34,041 nt of DNA from a virus (taxonomy: Duplodnaviria > Caudoviricetes), in the IMG/VR virus record IMGVR_UViG_3300006188_000292, positions 1 through 34,041 of that record; one strand, given 5' to 3'. Positions 27,424 through 34,041 of the stretch are shown piece by piece (position 1 is the stretch's first letter; every line of letters begins with the position of its first letter). The notes under the pieces were generated by a model. That model made no database searches. It was not told where the DNA came from and saw only the letters and a list, made by a program, of their open reading frames with translations. A program made the position numbers and the translations under genes.

Positions 27424-27783
27424 CTATTGGAGTTCCCAATGTCCTTCTTTCTTCCGTTTACTCCCTTTATAATTTTTAACATTGTCTAATGCTAATATTT
27501 GAGTAAATAACTTTTCCAGTTTAACATCATCAAAATGCATTTCTATTTGTGTACCACTATCAGTTGCAACTTCCATTACTTTCAAATACCAATCTACAAT
27601 AGATGGTGCTAATGTTTCACTAGGTGTAATTGACCAGTTCATTACTTTTCTATTCTTGCCTTTACCAGTTTCATAAATAACACCAAATACTGTATCATCT
27701 TGTATGTTTTTTACATCAACCGTTTTTGTATAAGCATATGGTAGCGGGCCAGTGTGTTTCTTTTCTTCTTTTAATTTAGCCAT
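27424..27783 (-). CDS. Hypothetical protein
   Basis: Clean ORF. Confidence 0.7.
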   Translation of the reverse strand: MAKLKEEKKHTGPLPYAYTKTVDVKNIQDDTVFGVIYETGKGKNRKVMNWSITPSETLAPSIVDWYLKVMEVATDSGTQIEMHFDDVKLEKLFTQILALDNVKNYKGSKRKKEGHWELQ

Positions 27784-27817
27784 ATTAGATAATTAAGTCA
27801 CCAAGATAATAAATAAT

Positions 27818-28120
27818 CTAATGTTTCTTAACTCCACTACTTAGCCCGTACTGATATACTGGTTCATTAGCCTTGTTTTCTTCTACCAACATATTTTCAG
27901 CACGCAAATAATTCTCGGTGCCCTTTCTGAAATAGTATTTAAACTTAGTCTCTTTCGGATTGATACCGTATTGCTTACCCACCTTAGCCGTTATCTCTTT
28001 AAGAATGTCCTTATTAAGTTTAATAAATTCATTTACTGCCATCTTATGTGGGAATTGCAGCACCTTGTTATGATTGTGTAGGTGTGCTTGGAATATGTCG
28101 GGTATTAAATGCGGGTTCAT
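27818..28120 (-). CDS. Hypothetical protein
   Basis: Clean ORF. Confidence 0.65.
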   Translation of the reverse strand: MNPHLIPDIFQAHLHNHNKVLQFPHKMAVNEFIKLNKDILKEITAKVGKQYGINPKETKFKYYFRKGTENYLRAENMLVEENKANEPVYQYGLSSGVKKH

Positions 28121-28211
28121 AACCTAAAATTAGTAGGCGGTTGAATGTGGTGATGCTTTGTCATACAAAATGTGAATATCTTTTTATCTTGTATCGGTAA
28201 ATCAGTCATCT

Positions 28212-28676
28212 ATGCTTAATAAAGACCTGTTACAAATTTGTGTAGCCGTATTTGCCGCAGTATTGGCAGCCAGTATTACCACATACTTATCAATAAGGAC
28301 TAGAAAGAATGAATGGATTACCATATTAAGGAATGAAGTGGCTGGATTTATGGCTGCTACAAGTAATCCAAAAGATACTTACACCTACTTAAAACATAGA
28401 GCTGCCGTAGAACTATTACTTAATCCCAAGAAAAAAGAGCAACAAGACCTAATTGAATCTGTCTCCGCCATGTCCATTGCTTTAGAGGCAATGCAAATGG
28501 AAGTGGGAAATTTGAACCGTGAAAGATATAATAACGCACATAAATTGTTTAATGAGTCTAGTGCTTTGGCGATAACACAATTCAGAATAGTAGTAAAAAG
28601 AAAAATGAGTACGTGGTTTTACAGAAGTGTTTACACTCGTATTGTAAAGCCTAAAACGGTAAAGGATATGATGTAA
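28212..28676 (+). CDS. Protein with N-terminal transmembrane helix and helical body
   Basis: ICVAVFAAVLAASITTYL followed by R..WI..LR. Confidence 0.7.
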   Translation: MLNKDLLQICVAVFAAVLAASITTYLSIRTRKNEWITILRNEVAGFMAATSNPKDTYTYLKHRAAVELLLNPKKKEQQDLIESVSAMSIALEAMQMEVGNLNRERYNNAHKLFNESSALAITQFRIVVKRKMSTWFYRSVYTRIVKPKTVKDMM

Positions 28677-29310
28677 TGCGGTTCAATACTCTTACTGCTT
28701 TGTTGCTACGCTGGGGGCTACGCAAGTCGCTATTAAGATTGGTTGAAAGGTCTATGGGAGTATAAGAATGTATATATAGTGTATAGTATATATCATAGGT
28801 CTTGCAGATCCTGCTGAACCAAACGTAAACACTGCATCTCCGAGCAATCAAAAAATCTTACCTACTTCACGAAGAACCGCATAAATACAGGAAATGGTTT
28901 TTCAACATAAACAATCCAGTCTTTCTAAAAACTATTTAGCAACCCGATATATAAGATGTAGGGTCTTAATCGGGTTCACCCCTACATCATACTTAGATGA
29001 TGTGAATGAAATGACCGGTATCGTAGCTTAGAGCCTTGGGATTGATTAATAACTTGCCCAAGGAAATAGATGGATGAGTAACCAGTGGGCGCAATGTTCT
29101 AAACCTAACAACGCCCGACCAGCAAGTTTAATAAACTACTCATTGCCCGCAGGAATAGGGGATACATAGCTTTTGATGCACAGTATAATTAATAAGCCAG
29201 TAAAGATTATACGCTCTAGTAGGTAAGAATGTCAAATCAAGTAACAGAGCAATCTGTTTTTAATGTCTGAAATTCTTACTTGCTGGGGAATAAAGGTTCT
29301 ATACCTACCC
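28676..29310 (+). ncRNA. Candidate large structured non-coding RNA (family unknown)
   Basis: More than ten helices of 5-17 bp, nested multibranch layout, G-U pairs and a GCAA tetraloop consistent with + strand; no credible ORF. Confidence 0.6.
28908..28955 (+). promoter_or_regulatory. Phage promoter-like motif TAAACAATCCAGT-N26-ATATATAAG inside the non-coding region
   Basis: Same motif and spacing as 29312-29358. Confidence 0.55.
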
Positions 29311-29311
29311 T

Positions 29312-29358
29312 TAAACAATCCAGTCTTTTTAAACTTCTTTTTATGCGGGAATATATAC
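29312..29358 (+). promoter_or_regulatory. Phage promoter-like motif TAAACAATCCAGT-N26-ATATATAC
   Basis: Repeated motif directly before ATG 29362. Confidence 0.6.
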
Positions 29359-29361
29359 ACT

Positions 29362-29649
29362 ATGAAACAGTTTAACAAAGAAACCATTGATGACATAAGA
29401 ATATATCTGATTACTAAATGGGGTATAACATTAGAACCTCTAATAGAAGATAACCAAATAATAGATAACTACTATTTACTAAGCTGGCAAAATGATGATG
29501 AACATTTCCAGTTCTTACTTTATCCCGACCTACTTTATATAGACAGCTCTAAGTGTGATTTTATGATTGCTGAATACCGCCCATACCAATTTGATAGCAC
29601 TGATGATATAATAGCCCTGCTAGATGATGAAATGAATTATTACGTGTAG
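29362..29649 (+). CDS. Acidic hypothetical protein (start revised to 29362)
   Basis: ACACTATG context after promoter motif; upstream extension overlaps RNA helices. Confidence 0.65.
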   Translation: MKQFNKETIDDIRIYLITKWGITLEPLIEDNQIIDNYYLLSWQNDDEHFQFLLYPDLLYIDSSKCDFMIAEYRPYQFDSTDDIIALLDDEMNYYV

Positions 29650-29650
29650 A

Positions 29651-29887
29651 ATGAAAAAGAAAATGATAGCCGACATAGAACTAATTAAGAGTTGCCAAAA
29701 TAGAAGTCAACTATGTGAGTATGCCGATATGAATAAGTGGCGAAAGATGGCACCGCTATTTTTCCTGTTTAAAAAGTACCTGAAAGAATTAGGTATAGAC
29801 TATTGGAGTTATCCACTAAATGAGAATGAACAACGCCAAAGGTTGATACAGGTTAGAGCTGAAAGAATTAATCAAATACTATCATAG
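29651..29887 (+). CDS. Hypothetical protein, 78 aa
   Basis: Abuts upstream gene. Confidence 0.6.
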   Translation: MKKKMIADIELIKSCQNRSQLCEYADMNKWRKMAPLFFLFKKYLKELGIDYWSYPLNENEQRQRLIQVRAERINQILS

Positions 29888-29895
29888 TATAGTGG

Positions 29896-29903
29896 TAAAT
29901 TTG
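29896..29903 (+). promoter_or_regulatory. Bacteroidota -7 box TAAATTTG
   Basis: TAnnTTTG 17 nt before ATG 29921. Confidence 0.55.
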
Positions 29904-29920
29904 CAGTCTAAAATATTCAT

Positions 29921-30568
29921 ATGGAAGATTTGAAAAAACACTTAGAGAGCACAAAGCTAATAGTCTTTACAGCTCAAGAATGTATGAAGATTGTAGATAG
30001 CTTAATGAAGACTGAAACTGATAGGGATAGGAGATTTATAAAACGAAATGGTTACTTTTCATTTGATGCTAAGATACATTGGCGTACCGTTGTAATGGAG
30101 CTTTGCAAACTATATAACCACACTGAAACATTTAATCTTAAAACATTGCTGTGGAAATTAGAAAGTGAACATCCTGAATTAGGCTTTACTACCGACCAGT
30201 TAAGAGGCTGGCAATTGAAAATCAAAGCACTTAATAAGGCGATAGATAATTTGCTTGAACAAAGAAATGGTGTCTATGCCCACTTAGATGAAAATTTTGA
30301 TACAGTAGCTTATACCGCTACAAGACCACAAGCCAATGCATTAATCTTAGTAGCACAAGAAATAGTAGATACTCTACACAATAGAATAATAGGAAGTCAC
30401 TTAGATATAGCTGATGTAACTGGTTCTCCAGTACTAGAACTTGAAAAGGTAATCAATGGCTTGCAAAAGAAATGGGAATATGATAGAGAGTTTTACCGCT
30501 CACATTGTAAAGATTTAGGGATAGACCCTGATACCATAGAAGATTTACGCTTAGAAAAAACCTCTTAA
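29921..30568 (+). CDS. HEPN AbiU2-like protein
   Basis: VVMELCKLY...FNL..LL and RNGVYAHLD motif. Confidence 0.65.
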   Translation: MEDLKKHLESTKLIVFTAQECMKIVDSLMKTETDRDRRFIKRNGYFSFDAKIHWRTVVMELCKLYNHTETFNLKTLLWKLESEHPELGFTTDQLRGWQLKIKALNKAIDNLLEQRNGVYAHLDENFDTVAYTATRPQANALILVAQEIVDTLHNRIIGSHLDIADVTGSPVLELEKVINGLQKKWEYDREFYRSHCKDLGIDPDTIEDLRLEKTS

Positions 30569-30641
30569 AAATCTTATGGTCATTTTTGGTAATATGAAGG
30601 TAAAGGGCTACTTTACACCCTGACAAAACAAATAATGAATT

Positions 30642-30878
30642 ATGAAAAGAACACTAACACTATTAACGCTTGCAACATGTCTGATTGCTTGCAACAAAGA
30701 ATATCAATGCACTTGTTCACTGAACAAGCAAACGACTAACATAACAGTTAAGGCACGTAACAATACAAAAGCATCGGTTGCTTGTGATAATATGGGCAAG
30801 TACGATAATCAGACTAGTCAGATTGTGCGCCCTGATGCTCAATACGATGCTTGCACTAACTGGGGTCAAATAAAGTGA
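30642..30878 (+). CDS. Small Cys-rich lipoprotein
   Basis: Signal peptide II MKRTLTLLTLATCLIA-C; additional CxC...C...C. Confidence 0.8.
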   Translation: MKRTLTLLTLATCLIACNKEYQCTCSLNKQTTNITVKARNNTKASVACDNMGKYDNQTSQIVRPDAQYDACTNWGQIK

Positions 30879-30901
30879 TTTACTAACCCATCATAATAAG
30901 A

Positions 30902-30935
30902 GAAAGGACACTGATTAGTGTCCTTTCCGCTTTTT
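30902..30935 (+). terminator. Intrinsic terminator
   Basis: GAAAGGACACT-GATT-AGTGTCCTTTC then T-rich tail. Confidence 0.75.
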
Positions 30936-30938
30936 ACT

Positions 30939-31049
30939 ATGAAACGTCTTGACAAATACGATATAGCTATTATAGTCATCCTTGCGATTTTGGTCGCTGT
31001 CCTGACTGTTGACTTAATACTGCTAGCAAAATATATCAGCAAGCACTAA
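30939..31049 (+). CDS. 36-aa transmembrane micropeptide MKRLDKYDIAIIVILAILVAVLTVDLILLAKYISKH
   Basis: Translated by hand; one hydrophobic helix with charged ends. Confidence 0.55.
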   Translation: MKRLDKYDIAIIVILAILVAVLTVDLILLAKYISKH

Positions 31050-31077
31050 AAGTGTCCCAAAACGTCCCAAAATGCGT

Positions 31078-31128
31078 TTTACAGGGTCTTAAACTCATTT
31101 CCTTCTAATGTGTTTAAGACCCTGTAAA
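31078..31128. repeat. Long inverted repeat TTTACAGGGTCTTAAAC/GTTTAAGACCCTGTAAA
   Basis: 17-bp perfect stem, extendable by CATT/AATG; second hairpin at about 31141-31173. Confidence 0.85.
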
Positions 31129-31180
31129 TTATTAGACTAATGCAGGGTCTGACTTTTTCAGTCAGTCGCTGCATACCTTA

Positions 31181-31555
31181 CTACTTCTTAGCAGCTCTCA
31201 TATCATTCAGTATTTGATTAAACTGCCTATCGGCATATTCATAAAAGTCTTTCCTAAGCGGTTCATACTTCTTATACTTCTGAATATCTATGCCGATGAT
31301 GTCCATTACTTCCTCAAACGGTAACTCATAGGTGTCTAGTTTGTGTTTTTTCAATAGATGAATAAACAGTTTTTCCTTTGTTGTTTTGCGCCTGTGTACA
31401 CCATTCGCCATGTTCTGTACCTCTTCATTTATTTGCTCCATAGACCAATCAGGATTTTCATTATGAAGCTTGTCCATTTTTATAAAACGGTCTAATACTG
31501 GCCCGGTAATAATAATCTGATGTGTTGTTGTTTGATTGTTATGCATTATAGTCAA
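31181..31555 (-). CDS. Hypothetical protein
   Basis: Clean ORF. Confidence 0.65.
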   Translation of the reverse strand: MTIMHNNQTTTHQIIITGPVLDRFIKMDKLHNENPDWSMEQINEEVQNMANGVHRRKTTKEKLFIHLLKKHKLDTYELPFEEVMDIIGIDIQKYKKYEPLRKDFYEYADRQFNQILNDMRAAKK

Positions 31556-31608
31556 ATTTGGTTAGCGAGGTAGTAACCAATTAAAGTCACTACCCCGAAT
31601 GTTCAGGA

Positions 31609-31992
31609 TTATACCGAACGATTTAGGGGTGCTAATAGCTTATTCATTTCTTGTAAAGTCTTTGTGTCCAGCCTTGCCAGCTTACTACCGATTGATTTGA
31701 TCATACGCTTGTTGGCTGCGGGTACTTGCTTTTTAAGCTTCGCTAATGTTGCCGCCCTGGCAATTGGTTTCAATTCTTCGGTTAGGTAAACAGTATTTAG
31801 CATACCGTCAGAACGCCAAATTATGTTAGCTGGACGTAGTCGGTCAGACATAGAGCCTATTAGGCTTTCTACCGCTTGGCGGTCAACTTGACTGTTAGAT
31901 AGTTGTGATTTTAGCTCCTTTAAGGCAGCTTTGTCGGTAGGCGTTAAAGCCTGATGGAATTTGTATCTCATAGCGGGAAAGCAAACAATCAA
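31609..31992 (-). CDS. Hypothetical basic protein (start probably MRYKF)
   Basis: Clean ORF. Confidence 0.6.
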   Translation of the reverse strand: MIVCFPAMRYKFHQALTPTDKAALKELKSQLSNSQVDRQAVESLIGSMSDRLRPANIIWRSDGMLNTVYLTEELKPIARAATLAKLKKQVPAANKRMIKSIGSKLARLDTKTLQEMNKLLAPLNRSV

Positions 31993-32143
31993 GCCACTTT
32001 ACCCGACACCGTTTTGAAACATATACAAACTATATACGGTGTTAATGCGAATATACATTATCAAAAAAACGTGACCAAAAAAATGTTGATATTTTTTTAC
32101 AATAACCAAAAGTTAGTGAGCCTGAAATTCTTTACTTTGCCCT

Positions 32144-32317
32144 ATGACCATTGAAGAAATAACGCTGATAGAAAACCAAATCTATACACAAATACTACTA
32201 GACGAGTTTAAGAAGCAAAGAAAAGAGGGCGCCAAAGAGCCCTCTGATTTCCTTATTGATAAATACGCTGTTGACAAACTAACTGCTGAACGCTTGAAAA
32301 AAGAGTTAGCAAGCTAA
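32144..32317 (+). CDS. 57-aa helical protein (MTIEEITLIENQIYTQILLDEFKK...), not in ORF track
   Basis: Fills gap; stop overlaps integrase stop; near-consensus TTACTTTG just upstream. Confidence 0.55.
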   Translation: MTIEEITLIENQIYTQILLDEFKKQRKEGAKEPSDFLIDKYAVDKLTAERLKKELAS

Positions 32318-34041
32318 AAGCCTGTTACATGTAGAGCCTCACCAAAGCTTTCAGCCCTATTCTTAACGTCCTGATGTATCATTACAGTGAGTGCTTTGCT
32401 TTCTGACCTTAAACGGTGCCAGTTCCTTTTATACATCACATCTACCTCACCTTTTAAATAGAACTGTGTAAACTGGTCCATCTTATAGTATATAGCTACA
32501 TTTTGATAATAGTCCCCTTCTGCTGGGCTACCTGACTGAATAACAATCTTATCAACAAATGCCCTGACATAGCTTTGCATACCTTCAAACGTTGTTGTTT
32601 GCTTCATTCCCTTTGTAAACTCTTTTACTACATCCAGTATCTGCTTCTTATTCACCAAAAGAAAGTTATCGTTCTCCACATCTGATTTAGCAGCATTAGC
32701 TTTTTCTATCGCTGCTTCATATCTACTTTTGAATTTATTATAGTCTTTATCTCCTATCTTATTAGCTATATACTTTTCAGTAAGACTATCCATCATTTCA
32801 AGATTATCTTTAATTATAGCATCACTCTTTTTAATAGTAGCCTCATATACTTTCACCGCTTTATCTGTCTCCATCCACTTATAAGTATCTATTACTTTCT
32901 TCTCAAAGTTTAATAACTCGCTCCATACCAAATCCTCTATGTAATCAATACCTATCCCTCTGTTACCACACCATTCAGCTTTGTATCTATTAGATAGACA
33001 TTTATAGGCTTTATCTCTCAAATCTGCCCTTTTATGTCCGTAGAATGATTTACCACATTCACCACATCTTATTAAGCCTTTCAAAAGAAACTGATTTTTA
33101 ATAGGCTTCTTAAATCTTGTTCTTTCTTTAAGTAGTGATTGTACCAAATCAAATGTATCAGCATCTACAATTTGTGGTACAGGTATAATTAACTCGTTCC
33201 ATTGTTTCTCACCTTTGTATAGTGTATTAGTCAACATACTATATACAACACTATCACGCCAAACGAAATCTTTACCATGTTTAACTATCTTAATTGTTTC
33301 TTTCTCGCCTGATTTGTTTGTAATTGTCTTTTTCACCAGCATATTGCCCGCAGCAATAGTATTTCGCTTAGTCGGTATTCCCTTGTCATTTAATATACCC
33401 GCTATTCTTTGTGTGCCAAAACCCTTTTTATACAACTCAAATATCTGTTTAACTACTTTAGCTTCTTTAGCATTTATCACCATCTTCTTATCTTTTCTAT
33501 CAAACCCATAAGCCATAATAGCCCCACCATTAGCCGAATTGCCCGATTTTATTGACTTTCTAATACCTGAACTGGTGCGCTCTCTAATCAGGTATCTTTC
33601 ATAACTGGATATTACACTCTCAATTCTGACCGCCATTTCTGCTGCTGGGTTCTGTAATTCCCTCTCCATATCATTAGCGAACACTTTTATCCCAGCTTTC
33701 TTTAACATCGTTATCATCACCTGACCATCTATATAGTCACCATCTCTACTTAATCTATCCAGTTTTATAACGAACAATCCACCAATCTTATCATCAGCTA
33801 TATCTTCTAATAAAGACTTCACCATTGGTCTATTAATAGGCTCAATGTCGCCTGATATGCTCCCATCATTATACTCTTTATAAGTCCAGCCTAATTCTTT
33901 AGCCTTTTGCTGGCCCAGTTCCCTTTGAATACCTAAAGAATATCCCTTACTTTCTTGATTGGGAGTTGATACCCTAATGTATGTGCCTAGTACATTTGGT
34001 AGGATTTTGTTTGCTTTGACACTGCGGTTTTTTCTTGACAT
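32314..34041 (-). CDS. Large serine recombinase (integrase)
   Basis: YIRVST catalytic motif, KLDRLSR, recombinase domain YGF/Y.G, zinc ribbon CGEC...YKC...C, coiled coil. Confidence 0.95.
   Translation of the reverse strand: MSRKNRSVKANKILPNVLGTYIRVSTPNQESKGYSLGIQRELGQQKAKELGWTYKEYNDGSISGDIEPINRPMVKSLLEDIADDKIGGLFVIKLDRLSRDGDYIDGQVMITMLKKAGIKVFANDMERELQNPAAEMAVRIESVISSYERYLIRERTSSGIRKSIKSGNSANGGAIMAYGFDRKDKKMVINAKEAKVVKQIFELYKKGFGTQRIAGILNDKGIPTKRNTIAAGNMLVKKTITNKSGEKETIKIVKHGKDFVWRDSVVYSMLTNTLYKGEKQWNELIIPVPQIVDADTFDLVQSLLKERTRFKKPIKNQFLLKGLIRCGECGKSFYGHKRADLRDKAYKCLSNRYKAEWCGNRGIGIDYIEDLVWSELLNFEKKVIDTYKWMETDKAVKVYEATIKKSDAIIKDNLEMMDSLTEKYIANKIGDKDYNKFKSRYEAAIEKANAAKSDVENDNFLLVNKKQILDVVKEFTKGMKQTTTFEGMQSYVRAFVDKIVIQSGSPAEGDYYQNVAIYYKMDQFTQFYLKGEVDVMYKRNWHRLRSESKALTVMIHQDVKNRAESFGEALHVTGF

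Larger units (their letters stand above)
1..34041. mobile_element. Prophage, siphovirus-like, integrated by a large serine recombinase; ends/att sites not visible
   Basis: Terminase, portal, capsid, tail tube, tape measure and holin plus LSR integrase; no host housekeeping gene in window. Confidence 0.9.

Noticed and set aside
28651-28851. 66-aa minus ORF and N-terminal extension 29263-29361
   Set aside because: Atypical start or composition; overlap RNA helices and promoter motif
28676-29310. Group I/II intron, tRNA, tmRNA or hammerhead identity for the structured region
   Set aside because: No GUGCG 5' end or domain V, no P7 consensus, no T-loop, no CUGANGA/GAAA core recognised; no interrupted gene
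31078-31128. Inverted repeat as att site or MITE
   Set aside because: Internal to element, no target duplication or second end; terminator or RNA hairpin is simpler
31954-32154. 66-aa + strand ORF
   Set aside because: Overlaps start of divergent gene and spans AT-rich promoter region

Overview
AT-rich, probably Bacteroidota-hosted temperate siphovirus-like prophage (no Shine-Dalgarno sequences; TAnnTTTG host promoters) filling the whole window. The right end carries a large serine recombinase. A complete minus-strand virion module (about 1.4-22 kb) has a shuffled gene order: terS, terL, tail chaperone G/GT with an unannotated -1 frameshift, collagen-fused tail terminator, tail completion, tail tip, tape measure, protease, scaffold, capsid, tail tube, portal, adaptor, holin. 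The element also has a sigma70-region-4 protein with a recurring ATATATA promoter-like motif and an accessory region (25-32 kb) with three HEPN-motif proteins, membrane proteins, a lipoprotein and micropeptides. I recognise no replication gene, CI-like repressor or endolysin. The most striking unexplained element is a ~630-nt non-coding stretch (28676-29310) packed with nested and mutually exclusive helices. Its G-U wobbles and a GNRA loop point to the + strand, making it a candidate large structured phage RNA or RNA-controlled origin. All family calls are from motif recognition by eye, not database searches.
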